From positions 111 through 64,110 of the forward strand of contig CAYFJC010000001.1 in NCBI GenBank assembly GCA_964343355.1: a stretch of 64,000 nt of DNA, in the 5' to 3' direction. Position numbers and translations under genes: made by a program. This document shows, piece after piece, positions 31,736 to 40,875 of this stretch. The notes beneath the pieces are model-generated. The model did no database searches, had not been told where the DNA came from, and saw only the letters and a program-made list of their open reading frames with translations. Source of the DNA: an uncultured Gammaproteobacteria bacterium. GTDB taxonomy: Bacteria > Pseudomonadota > Gammaproteobacteria > Magnimaribacterales > D2472. Each line of letters starts with the position of its first letter. Position 1 is the stretch's first letter.

Positions 31736-34726
31736 TTAATCTGTATTAGCCAGCTCTAATGCTTCATTAACATCTACTGATACTAATCTAGATACCCCGG
31801 CCTCTTGCATAGTAATACCCATCAGGTGATCACTTCTCTCCATGGAAACTTTATTATGGGTAATAAAAATAAATTGGATGGTTTTAGACATCTCTTCGAC
31901 CATATTTATTAATCTTTGAGTATTTAAATCATCTAGTGGGGCATCAACCTCATCAAGCATACAAAATGGTGCTGGGTTTAGTTCAAATATAGAAAATACT
32001 AAAGATAATGCTGTAAGCGCTTTCTCACCCCCAGATAGTTGAGATATAGATGCATTCTTTTTACCTGGAGGTCTTGCCATTAATACCACGCCTCCATTTA
32101 AAGCATCATCATCCTGCAAAGTTAGCTCTGCAAATCCTCCTCCAAAGAGGATAGGAAAAACTTCCTTTAATCTGCTGTTAACCGCATCAAAGCTATCTTT
32201 AAATCTTGATTTTGTTTCAACATCAATTTTTTTAATAGCTCCAGTTAGCTTATCTAATGCTTCGGTAAGTTCATTGTATTGCTCTTCTAATTTCTCGCCT
32301 CTTTTTGATTCTTCAGCAATCTCATCAGGAGCTGCTAGGTTAATTGCACCAAGTCTAATAATTTTAGCCTGAATATCTGTAAGCTGATCTTCGATATCTT
32401 TAATAACTAAATCTTCATAATCTTCATAATTTATATCTTCTATGTTAATTCCAGATTTCTTTATTCTTGCATTAGCATTTTCTAAATTAATCTCATAGGT
32501 CTTAAGTTCTAGTTTTATATTGGTAACTTTTTCAGAAATAGCTCTGAGGTCTAATTCGGCAACTGATCTTTTATTTTCAAGATCTCGAAGCTCTTGATCA
32601 ACTTTTGATTGTTCCTGTCTTATATTTACAAGTACTCCTTCGGCAGAAGAGCTTTTTTGAACAAGCTCAGCAATACTTTGCTCTAATGTTTGTTTTTTAC
32701 TTTCCGTTTCAGTAATTATTTTAGATAAATCATTTTGTCTTGTTAAATACTCGTCAGGAGAAGCAAGATTGACAGAGCCTAGAGCTGAAATACTTTCTTG
32801 AATTTTCTCTAATGAACCTTCTAGCTCTAATAAATTCATATCTTTAAATTCAGAGGAATTAAGCTCAGCTGGATTAATGCCCTCTTTGGTTAAGGCGTGA
32901 GAAGCATTCTCTAGATTTACTTCAAAAGTTCTTAATTCAAGCTTTAATGAATTTATTTGTGATTCAAGAGTTCTTAAATCAGCTGCTGCAACAGAACGCT
33001 TATTTTCCATTTCTCTTATAAGCTCATCTGCTTGTGTTCGCTTGCCTCTAAATTCCTCTAACTCAATCTCGATACTAGATTTACTTTGGACTAATTCGCC
33101 TAACTCTCTTTCAGTTATAGACTTTTTCTCAGCATTTTCCTTGAGTAGCGTGGATAAACTATTTTGTCTATTAAGGTACTCATCCGTAAGAGATTTAGAT
33201 TGAGCTGAAGCAATATTTAATATTTGAATTAATTGGTCCTTTAACTCAATAGCTTTTTGATAAATTCCATCACTTCCAGAACCCATTGTTTTAAGGGTAT
33301 CAATAATCATATCCAGTAAATTGATAGCTTTCTCTTTGGGACTTAAGTTATCAATATCAGCCTCTTCTTCTAGCGCCTTTGCATAACTCTCTTTAGCTTT
33401 TTCCAAGTCTATTTTGCTTTGAACTTCAATCTTATTAAGATTTCTAAGATCAGCTTCATGCATAGCTATATTAGAACTAATTGAAGATGCAGAAGATCTG
33501 GCTGCCTCAAATCCAGATGCAACGGAAGCATGGCTTTCTTTTACTTCTGTTAATCTTGATTGCTGTAAATCTAGCTCAGTAGTTTTTTCTGCAATACTTA
33601 GCTCTAGTGGTGATATTTTTAGATTAAGTTCTGCTTTTTTATCTAAAGCTTCTAGTGCTTTTAAGATAGAGATATTTAACTTTAATTCCTTCTCTTTAGG
33701 CGTTAAATTTTCAAAAGTTGACTCTTTTTCTATAGCTTTTGCATAACTCTCTTTAGCTCTTTCTATATCTGATTTGCTCTGTATAAGTGTTTTAGTTTCA
33801 TTTTGAAGATCGGCTTCTTGCCTCGCTATATCAGCACCTACTGCATAAAAGTTCTTTTGAGCTTCGTCATAGGATGCTCTTACAGACTCATGCTCAGTTC
33901 TATATTTATCTATTTGTGATTGCTTGGTCTTGGCTTCTGCATCCTTAATAGTTTGATCTCTTAGGGTTACATCTAATTTTTTTTGCAACGCATCTCTATT
34001 ATTTTTAGCTTCGAGAGAAAATAATATAGCTACCTTTAATTCATTTTCTTTTTCTTCAGCTTTAAGTTGATTGTATTTTTCTGCGGCATTAGCTTGACCC
34101 TCAAGGCGTCTAATTAATCTTGAGATTTCATCTTTAATATCCTTAACTCTTGATAAATTTTCTTTTGTTTTCTTAATTCTTTGCTCAGTTTCTTTTCGTC
34201 TTTCTCTGTATTTAGATACTCCTGCTGCCTCTTCAATATGGACCCTTAATTCTTCCGGCTTTGCGCTAACCAAATTAGAAACCATTCCTTGTTCAATAAT
34301 TGCATAGCTATTAGGACCAAGGCCTGTGCCTAAAAATAGATCTTGAACATCTTTACGTCGACATTTTGTGCTATTAATAAAATAGGTAGACTGGCTATCT
34401 CTAGTCATTAAGCGCTTGATTGATATTTCATTATAAGCAGCATACTCACCACCTAATTTCCCACTTGAGTTATCAAATAGAAGTTCAATACTACATTGAC
34501 CAGATGGTTTTCTTAAGTCTGAGCCATTGAAGATGACATCGGACATTGAGTCGCCTCTAAGGTTCTTAGCTGATAGCTCACCTAGAACCCATTTAACAGC
34601 ATCAATTACATTAGATTTACCACAACCATTTGGGCCAACAACTGCCACCAAATTTGTAGGAAAAGATATTCTCGTGGGGTCCACGAAACTTTTGAAACCA
34701 GCCAGTTTAATATGTTTAAGCTGCAT
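31736..34726 (-). CDS. smc: Chromosome segregation protein SMC (996 aa, no recognisable hinge)
   Basis: The N-terminal head has Walker A GPNGCGKSN. The C-terminal head has signature LSGGEKALTALSLVF and Walker B CMLDEVDAPLD. The region between the heads is coiled-coil-like throughout. Confidence 0.9.
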   Translation of the reverse strand: MQLKHIKLAGFKSFVDPTRISFPTNLVAVVGPNGCGKSNVIDAVKWVLGELSAKNLRGDSMSDVIFNGSDLRKPSGQCSIELLFDNSSGKLGGEYAAYNEISIKRLMTRDSQSTYFINSTKCRRKDVQDLFLGTGLGPNSYAIIEQGMVSNLVSAKPEELRVHIEEAAGVSKYRERRKETEQRIKKTKENLSRVKDIKDEISRLIRRLEGQANAAEKYNQLKAEEKENELKVAILFSLEAKNNRDALQKKLDVTLRDQTIKDAEAKTKQSQIDKYRTEHESVRASYDEAQKNFYAVGADIARQEADLQNETKTLIQSKSDIERAKESYAKAIEKESTFENLTPKEKELKLNISILKALEALDKKAELNLKISPLELSIAEKTTELDLQQSRLTEVKESHASVASGFEAARSSASSISSNIAMHEADLRNLNKIEVQSKIDLEKAKESYAKALEEEADIDNLSPKEKAINLLDMIIDTLKTMGSGSDGIYQKAIELKDQLIQILNIASAQSKSLTDEYLNRQNSLSTLLKENAEKKSITERELGELVQSKSSIEIELEEFRGKRTQADELIREMENKRSVAAADLRTLESQINSLKLELRTFEVNLENASHALTKEGINPAELNSSEFKDMNLLELEGSLEKIQESISALGSVNLASPDEYLTRQNDLSKIITETESKKQTLEQSIAELVQKSSSAEGVLVNIRQEQSKVDQELRDLENKRSVAELDLRAISEKVTNIKLELKTYEINLENANARIKKSGINIEDINYEDYEDLVIKDIEDQLTDIQAKIIRLGAINLAAPDEIAEESKRGEKLEEQYNELTEALDKLTGAIKKIDVETKSRFKDSFDAVNSRLKEVFPILFGGGFAELTLQDDDALNGGVVLMARPPGKKNASISQLSGGEKALTALSLVFSIFELNPAPFCMLDEVDAPLDDLNTQRLINMVEEMSKTIQFIFITHNKVSMERSDHLMGITMQEAGVSRLVSVDVNEALELANTD
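32333..33190 (-). repeat. Tandem in-frame duplication, 2 x 429 nt (143 aa), in the C-terminal coiled-coil arm of SMC
   Basis: aa 513-655 and aa 656-798 align at a constant 143-aa offset. TDEYLNRQNSLS matches PDEYLTRQNDLS, ENKRSVAAADLR matches ENKRSVAELDLR, LKLELRTFEVNLENASHAL matches IKLELKTYEINLENANARI, and ALGSVNLA matches RLGAINLA. The copies are diverged at DNA level (19 of 27 nt identical in the one stretch I compared by hand). Confidence 0.8.
33317..33841 (-). repeat. Duplicated segment of about 55 aa (copies 360 nt apart) in the N-terminal coiled-coil arm of SMC
   Basis: aa 296-350 (..EADLQNETKTLIQSKSDIERAKESYAKAIEKESTFENLTPKEKELKLN) matches aa 416-470 (..EADLRNLNKIEVQSKIDLEKAKESYAKALEEEADIDNLSPKEKAINLL). 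At DNA level ttgcataactctctttagct is shared exactly, near 33379 and 33739. Confidence 0.75.
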
Positions 34727-34759
34727 TGATATGAAAAATTTATTAAGCTTTATATTAAA

Positions 34760-35545
34760 CTATTGTGAGTTTACAAACCAATCTTTTTCACTAATTTTTG
34801 CACTAAATAATGCTTTATTTGTAGAGATTTTTATAGGAAATATGGAGGAAGAAAAACTCATGCTATTTTGACAATTTACTAAGCTATTTAGAAGGATATC
34901 CTCATCATTAATCAAAGCTGAAGCTAAATCAAAACCAGGTATAAGCGCATCTTCATTGGTAAGTAAAATATTTGATGTACTTGAATCTTTATATAATTGT
35001 TGTGCAATGGGAACAGCCGGTCCATCTTTGATAAAGGCTGTAAATTTTATGGATATAAAATTGCATGTTTTTGGAATAGTGAAACTGGTATTTATTGTTG
35101 AAAAAGCAAACTCTGGAAATTTTTTATCTCGAAGAATGCTGTATAAAGCATAAAATCGAATTTGAAGATCTGCATCTTTAAAAATTGGCTCTGCAAATTC
35201 TACAAACTGCTCAGCTGTAATTAAGCTATTGTTATTAACAGCAAACAAAATAATCTCTTCTAGCCAAAGAATCTTTTTATCATTATCAATAGATAAAATA
35301 AAATCGTTAAAATATTCATCCTCAAGCTCTGTATTTTCGTACACAGCGACCTTTATCTCATCTGATAGCATTAGCTCATGAACAGACCCAAGGATAGAAA
35401 ATTTACTAGTAAAGCCGAAAAGAGCTAAGCCTAATACAATAAAAGAACAACTAAAAACAAAGACTTTGTTGGAAGATTCTCTTGCAAGCAAAAAACCAAC
35501 TATTGGAAAAAATGCTAAAAGGATTATTAGATAAAAAATTATCAT
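34760..35545 (-). CDS. ccmI: Cytochrome c maturation protein CcmI-like
   Basis: 261 aa. It is the last gene of the ccm cluster and overlaps ccmH by 4 nt. It has two N-terminal TM segments. The C-terminal region resembles the CcmI/CycH C-terminal domain. The TPR part is not obvious. Confidence 0.55.
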   Translation of the reverse strand: MIIFYLIILLAFFPIVGFLLARESSNKVFVFSCSFIVLGLALFGFTSKFSILGSVHELMLSDEIKVAVYENTELEDEYFNDFILSIDNDKKILWLEEIILFAVNNNSLITAEQFVEFAEPIFKDADLQIRFYALYSILRDKKFPEFAFSTINTSFTIPKTCNFISIKFTAFIKDGPAVPIAQQLYKDSSTSNILLTNEDALIPGFDLASALINDEDILLNSLVNCQNSMSFSSSIFPIKISTNKALFSAKISEKDWFVNSQ

Positions 35546-35919
35546 CCTAGTCTTCTTCTAAAAATAAAACCTAAAAAAATAATTGCAAGAAACGCAAAAG
35601 GTCCAAACCATAATATATAAGTTGAGGTATTAACTTCAGGATCATATAAGACTCCACTGCCGAACCTATCTTTTGCATACTGTTTAATGTCTTTATCTGA
35701 ATAGCCATTATTAATGAGTTCTGCAATCTTATTTTTTAGATCTTCTGATACAGGAGCATTTGAGCTTGCTATAGATCCACTAGTACATTTAGGACATCTA
35801 ACTTCATGAATTAATTTATAAAATCTTTGCTCATCAGCTTCTGAGTTAAATGTATAAACCTCAGAGGTAAAACCAATAGATGATAAAAATATACAGCTTA
35901 ATAGAATTATTTTTTTCAT
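35542..35919 (-). CDS. ccmH: Cytochrome c-type biogenesis protein CcmH
   Basis: 125 aa. Motif VRCPKCTSGSIASSNAP matches E. coli LRCPQCQNQNLLESNAP. It has a C-terminal TM segment. Confidence 0.85.
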   Translation of the reverse strand: MKKIILLSCIFLSSIGFTSEVYTFNSEADEQRFYKLIHEVRCPKCTSGSIASSNAPVSEDLKNKIAELINNGYSDKDIKQYAKDRFGSGVLYDPEVNTSTYILWFGPFAFLAIIFLGFIFRRRLG

Positions 35920-36440
35920 TTGAACATCTTATTTTCTTTGATAATTGGAATAAAAACTTTATCCCAGATAGCTTGGTTTACTTCTCCACTGTAGTGAACT
36001 AGTACAACTCCATCTTTAATTAAAAAGGTTTCAGGAGCACCTGTTACACCCATATCTAAAGCTAATGAGCCTTTTAAATCATGAAGATTAAAATTATAAG
36101 GATTACCGAAGGAATTCAGCCAATTAATAGCATCAATCGATTCATCTTTGTAGTTTAGTCCTGTCACCCTAACGCCTTCAGAGTTTAATTTCATTAAAAA
36201 GCCATGTTCAATTCTGCATGTTATGCACCAGCTAGCCCAAACATTAAGTAATAGCTCATTACCTAAGTCTTCTTTTGTGTAAAATGAATCTGAATTAAGT
36301 GCCTCTAATTCAAAATTGGGAACATTAAAATTTTTAAAATTAGCTCCAGGGTAAAACTTATCTTCAGTTAATAAATTATAAAAAAATAAAATGCCTACAA
36401 TTGGAATAATTAAAATAGAAAATCTTAACAAGGTATTCAT
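35916..36440 (-). CDS. ccmG: Thiol:disulfide interchange protein CcmG/DsbE
   Basis: 174 aa with an N-terminal anchor. It has thioredoxin motif WASWCITC and GVTGAPETFLI. Confidence 0.85.
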   Translation of the reverse strand: MNTLLRFSILIIPIVGILFFYNLLTEDKFYPGANFKNFNVPNFELEALNSDSFYTKEDLGNELLLNVWASWCITCRIEHGFLMKLNSEGVRVTGLNYKDESIDAINWLNSFGNPYNFNLHDLKGSLALDMGVTGAPETFLIKDGVVLVHYSGEVNQAIWDKVFIPIIKENKMFK

Positions 36441-38335
36441 TTTCTTTTAAGTCTCTCTGTGAGGGCTACAAAACCTCCAATACACATAATTGCAGCTGCA
36501 ATCCATATCCATCTAATCAGATAATTGTATTGTATATTCACTACCCAATTACCATTATCCAACTGATCTCCAAGTGTCATATAAATATCTTTATAAGGTG
36601 TTATTTTGATAGCTGATTCAGATGTAATTTGACCTCTTATAAAATATTTTCTTTTTTCAGGGAACATGAAAAAGGTTTTATTTGGAGTGTAAATATTTTT
36701 TACAGAAAACTTTGCTCTTACCGAGTCATAGTTAGGCTCATTTATTAAATCAAAATCTATTAAGTAAAATTCATAATCGCTGCCTTTGTAGGTCTCTCCA
36801 GGCTTTATATTTATAATTTTTTCATAACTTAAAGAAGCATTTAGAGCGGTTGCAAGTATAAGAACTCCCAATCCAATATGAGCTATTGCGCTTGATTTGT
36901 TAAAATATGATTTTTTGATCATGCTATCGACTATAAGAAAGAAATATCTTATTAAGATTAATAGGCCAGAAAATAAACCACCTATAAACCACCATTGGAA
37001 ATCTTGATATATATACGAGATACAAATAGATGCAGCAGCTGCAATTAAAATAGACATTGATAAAAAGCTTTTAAGATTTAATAGTTTTGAGCTTCTTTGC
37101 CATAAGCTACCTACTGAGAAGACTAAAAAAATTGCTGCCAAAAATGTTAATGGCGCGAAAATAGTATTGTAGTAAGGAGGTCCTACGCTTATTCGCTCAT
37201 CGTATAGGTAGTCAAATATTAATGGGTACATGACTCCAAGCATTACTGCAAAAATTGCAGCAGCAAAGAGAATATTATTAATTGAAAGAAATGATTCTTT
37301 TGATTTAGCTACAACAAGATTTTTAGAGATTAGTTGAGGCAGTCTATATACATAAAATGCCAAAGAAGTTGTTATTAATACTGCAGAGAAGGCTAGAAGG
37401 TATAAACCTCGTTGCGGATCATTAGCAAAAGCGTGAACACTATCTATTATTCCTGAACGAACAATAAATGCTCCAAATAAACTTAAAGAAAATACTGAGA
37501 TAGATAATAAGATTGTCCAGCCTCTTAAAACCTTGGATTTAGAAGATACATAAAGTGAATGGATTAATGCAGTTCCAGCAAGCCAGGGCATGAGTGCAAC
37601 ATTTTCAACAGGATCCCAAAACCAGTAACCACCCCAACCAAGCTCATAATAGGCCCACCAGCTTCCAAGAGAAATTCCTATAGTTAGAAGAATCCAAGCA
37701 GCTAAACTCCATGGTCGGATAACATCCTCCCAATTAATCTGCATATCTCCTTTAATAAGAAATGCTGTGTTATATGCAAATGCTATAACAAAACCAACAT
37801 AGCCTAGATATAAAAATGGTGGATGTATTACAAGAGCTGGATCTTGAAGAACTGGATTGATATCTGCTCCATTTATAGGTGCTATTGGAAGAATTGTTTC
37901 AAATGGGTTTGAGGTAAATAGTAAAAAGATTAAAAAACCAAAAATAATAAAAGCTAAAACACCTATAGCAGGTGCTTTTAATAAATCATTTTTAGATAAT
38001 GAATAATTAAATAATTGACTCCACCCAGCTAAGAATAGTATCCATAAGAACATTGAACCCTCGTGAGCAGACCAGATGGAAGAAATTTTATAAAAAGTTG
38101 GTAAGTCTTTATTGGAATGTTCGGCTATGTATCTTATAGAGAAATCGCTTTGAATTGCTAACCAGACATAGAGAAGAAACGAGATAAAAATAAAATAAAA
38201 TCCATAACTAAAGACTCTGTTTACAAGCAATTCTAGATTGTGATTACCTTGATAGGTTCGTATAGAAAAAATGAAAGCAAGAAAGAATAATCCTGCGCTC
38301 AGAATTGAAAAAAAATGCGATATTTCGCCTATCAT
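36437..38335 (-). CDS. ccmF: Cytochrome c heme lyase subunit CcmF
   Basis: 632 aa polytopic membrane protein with the WWD domain WGGYWFWDPVEN. Confidence 0.9.
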   Translation of the reverse strand: MIGEISHFFSILSAGLFFLAFIFSIRTYQGNHNLELLVNRVFSYGFYFIFISFLLYVWLAIQSDFSIRYIAEHSNKDLPTFYKISSIWSAHEGSMFLWILFLAGWSQLFNYSLSKNDLLKAPAIGVLAFIIFGFLIFLLFTSNPFETILPIAPINGADINPVLQDPALVIHPPFLYLGYVGFVIAFAYNTAFLIKGDMQINWEDVIRPWSLAAWILLTIGISLGSWWAYYELGWGGYWFWDPVENVALMPWLAGTALIHSLYVSSKSKVLRGWTILLSISVFSLSLFGAFIVRSGIIDSVHAFANDPQRGLYLLAFSAVLITTSLAFYVYRLPQLISKNLVVAKSKESFLSINNILFAAAIFAVMLGVMYPLIFDYLYDERISVGPPYYNTIFAPLTFLAAIFLVFSVGSLWQRSSKLLNLKSFLSMSILIAAAASICISYIYQDFQWWFIGGLFSGLLILIRYFFLIVDSMIKKSYFNKSSAIAHIGLGVLILATALNASLSYEKIINIKPGETYKGSDYEFYLIDFDLINEPNYDSVRAKFSVKNIYTPNKTFFMFPEKRKYFIRGQITSESAIKITPYKDIYMTLGDQLDNGNWVVNIQYNYLIRWIWIAAAIMCIGGFVALTERLKRK

Positions 38336-38739
38336 TGACTAGGTATCTCAATATTAGGTGGCATATAGTTCTCGTCATGCTTGGCAAAGATATTTTCCGC
38401 GATAAGTCTATTATCAATAATCATTCCATAGGCAACTATGCCACTACCTTCTTTAAATAAATCAGGCACAACTCCATTATAAGAAACATTAATTGAATTA
38501 CTAAAATCAGTGATATTGAAAGATATATTTGTACCGTCCCTAATAACAGACTGCTTTTGAACCATTCCACCCAGCTTTACTCTTTTATTGTTAGGTATTT
38601 CAGCATTGATAATTTCTGAAGGTGTATAAAAATAATCCAAGTTCGAATTGAGTGCTGAAAGTATTAAGTAAACACCTAAAAAGGAAGTAGCAATTAAGGC
38701 CAATACAGAGGCTAATCTTTTTTTTCTTATCTTATTCAT
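38332..38739 (-). CDS. ccmE: Heme chaperone CcmE
   Basis: 135 aa with an N-terminal anchor. The heme-binding His lies in AKHDENYMPP (compare E. coli AKHDENYTPP). Confidence 0.9.
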   Translation of the reverse strand: MNKIRKKRLASVLALIATSFLGVYLILSALNSNLDYFYTPSEIINAEIPNNKRVKLGGMVQKQSVIRDGTNISFNITDFSNSINVSYNGVVPDLFKEGSGIVAYGMIIDNRLIAENIFAKHDENYMPPNIEIPSQ

Positions 38740-38896
38740 TAATATGCTTTTTTTTCAATTTTTTCAGTTGGTTTTTATAAAACATAAACATAGATATAAG
38801 CGAAATGATTACAATACAAAAAACTGACCAAACATATATCCCATGACCATCCATGAAAATAAAACTATCAAAACTATCAAAAGCAAAATTAAACAT
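38732..38896 (-). CDS. ccmD: Heme exporter protein CcmD
   Basis: Start reset to the internal ATG at 38896 (MFNFAFDSFDSFIFMDGHGIYVW...). This aligns with the E. coli CcmD N-terminus plus its single TM and reduces the overlap with ccmC to 8 nt. Confidence 0.7.
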   Translation of the reverse strand: MFNFAFDSFDSFIFMDGHGIYVWSVFCIVIISLISMFMFYKNQLKKLKKKHINE

Positions 38897-39620
38897 GATC
38901 TTTAATCCAAGACTTATTTCCTTCACGATTAAAAATCTGGACTTTTGAAGACAAGATTACCAAACAAATTATTAATCCACTAAAACCTATCATTGAAAAA
39001 AATAATGGATATAGCATAGAGGGATCAATTGATGGTTTATCCGTTAGTGTTATAGAGGCTGGTTGATGAAGCGTACTCCACCAATCAACAGATTTTTTTA
39101 TAATTGGGATATTAACAAAGCCAACTAATACCAGTACAGATATAAATTTATCTGCTTTTTCAAAGTTAGTAAAAGACCCATGTAGAGAGATTAAGCCTAA
39201 ATACATAATAAATAGAATTAAAGTTGAGGTAATTCTTGCATCCCATTGCCACCAAGTTCCCCAAGTTGGAATTCCCCATATAGAGCCAGAAACAAGAGCA
39301 ATAAAGGTTACAAGAGCTCCAATTGGAGCAATTGATTTAATCATATAGGCTGCTAGTTTGACCTTCCAGATCAAAAAGACTGCTGCGGCTATAGCCATTA
39401 CAAGATATAGACTTTGAGATAAAAAGGATGCGGGAACATGTAAGTACATAATCCTAAAAGAATTACCCTGCATATAATCAGCCGGTGCATATGCTAAGCC
39501 CCACACCAGAGCAATTATATAAATACAAAGAGAGGAATAAAAGATATAGGGATACATCTTGTTAACTAAAACAACGTAAGTTTTTGGTGATGCAAATTGA
39601 TGATAGAGTTTCTTTAACAC
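38889..39620 (-). CDS. ccmC: Heme exporter protein CcmC
   Basis: 243 aa membrane protein with the WWD motif WGIPTWGTWWQWDARITS. Confidence 0.9.
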   Translation of the reverse strand: MLKKLYHQFASPKTYVVLVNKMYPYIFYSSLCIYIIALVWGLAYAPADYMQGNSFRIMYLHVPASFLSQSLYLVMAIAAAVFLIWKVKLAAYMIKSIAPIGALVTFIALVSGSIWGIPTWGTWWQWDARITSTLILFIMYLGLISLHGSFTNFEKADKFISVLVLVGFVNIPIIKKSVDWWSTLHQPASITLTDKPSIDPSMLYPLFFSMIGFSGLIICLVILSSKVQIFNREGNKSWIKDHV

Positions 39621-39640
39621 AATTTTTTTAAATTTTTATC

Positions 39641-40291
39641 TTATTCCAAGTGAGTCCGAATAATAAATGAGATTATAAATGGAATAAATACAATTATAAG
39701 CAATAAAACTCCAAGCATTAACAATAAAAGGTTAGAAATTTCAAAACCAAAGTTTGCATTTAAAACAATCTTGCCTAATAAAATTAAAATTGGAAATAAA
39801 AGTGGCATTGTTATTAGTGCACCCAATACAGAGCCCTTATTGAGACTTAATGAGTTACCTAATGCAAAAAGGTTAATAAAAATATATGTAGAAATGAGCA
39901 TGGATGGAAGAGCGATATAAATAGATGATATCGCGCCTGTCATACTTACAGAAAAAAATGTTCCTAATAATGATATTGGAATGCCAATTAATAGCCAATA
40001 GATAAATATCTTGATTAGTACCATTGAAAATAGCGAATCATTTGCAACACTGAAGTTTTCTAAAGTACCATCTTCATAATCCTCTAAAAAGATACCCTCA
40101 ACTGAAACCATTACTGTTAAAAGACTTGCGATCCATAAAATAGAATAAAAAACATTTTTTAAATCATCGCTCGCTAGCTCAACGGTTAAAGGGAATGAGA
40201 TTGTAATTAGAAGAAACACCAAAATAGGGCCAAGCCAGGCTCTTAATTTTTTACGCAGCTTAAATAGTTCTAATTTAAATAAAGCAAACAT
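39641..40291 (-). CDS. ccmB: Heme exporter permease CcmB
   Basis: 216 aa with 6 TM segments. It sits between ccmA and ccmC, and its start overlaps the ccmA stop by 1 nt. Confidence 0.8.
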   Translation of the reverse strand: MFALFKLELFKLRKKLRAWLGPILVFLLITISFPLTVELASDDLKNVFYSILWIASLLTVMVSVEGIFLEDYEDGTLENFSVANDSLFSMVLIKIFIYWLLIGIPISLLGTFFSVSMTGAISSIYIALPSMLISTYIFINLFALGNSLSLNKGSVLGALITMPLLFPILILLGKIVLNANFGFEISNLLLLMLGVLLLIIVFIPFIISFIIRTHLE

Positions 40292-40875
40292 TACAAGCTT
40301 CCAATTATTACTTCACTACTAGGGAGTTCTAGTGAAATATGGGATGTATAAATAATTGATTTATTTTTACCTAGTTCTGCAGTTAAAAAATCGTTAATAA
40401 GGCTGCGGGTTTGATCATCCAGACCTACGCAAGGCTCATCTAAAATAATCACACTGGATTGATTAAGAAATATTCTTACAAGTGCCAATTTTTTTTGCTG
40501 ACCATAAGATAAATTACCTACTAAAAGATCATCCTTGTGATCCATATTAAGGTCTTTTAGTATTGATTTGACTTTAGGATGCGATATATCTAATCCATGA
40601 AGATGTAAATTATCTGTCACTGATAGATGGTTTTTAAGAACATTTTTATGACCTAAAAACACTTTATCAACCTCCTCACTCCAGATAACTTCTCCTTTAT
40701 TAGCAGAGGATATCCCAAGTAAAATTCTTAATAATGAAGATTTTCCAGAGCCGTTGCTGCCCTTTACATGAATAGCTTGACCTTTAAATAAATTAAAAGA
40801 AAGATTCTGAAACAACCTATTTTGATTAATAGAAAATGAGATATTTTTTACTTCTAACATAGTGCTGCCTGACAT
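40291..40875 (-). CDS. ccmA: Heme exporter ATP-binding protein CcmA
   Basis: 194 aa ABC ATPase. It has Walker A GSNGSGKSS, signature LSYGQQKKLAL and Walker B VIILDEP. Confidence 0.9.
   Translation of the reverse strand: MSGSTMLEVKNISFSINQNRLFQNLSFNLFKGQAIHVKGSNGSGKSSLLRILLGISSANKGEVIWSEEVDKVFLGHKNVLKNHLSVTDNLHLHGLDISHPKVKSILKDLNMDHKDDLLVGNLSYGQQKKLALVRIFLNQSSVIILDEPCVGLDDQTRSLINDFLTAELGKNKSIIYTSHISLELPSSEVIIGSL

Noticed and set aside
34527-34871. 114-aa plus-strand ORF bridging the smc start and the ccmI end
   Set aside because: It is antisense to two supported genes and crosses their intergenic spacer. It has no RBS or motif.
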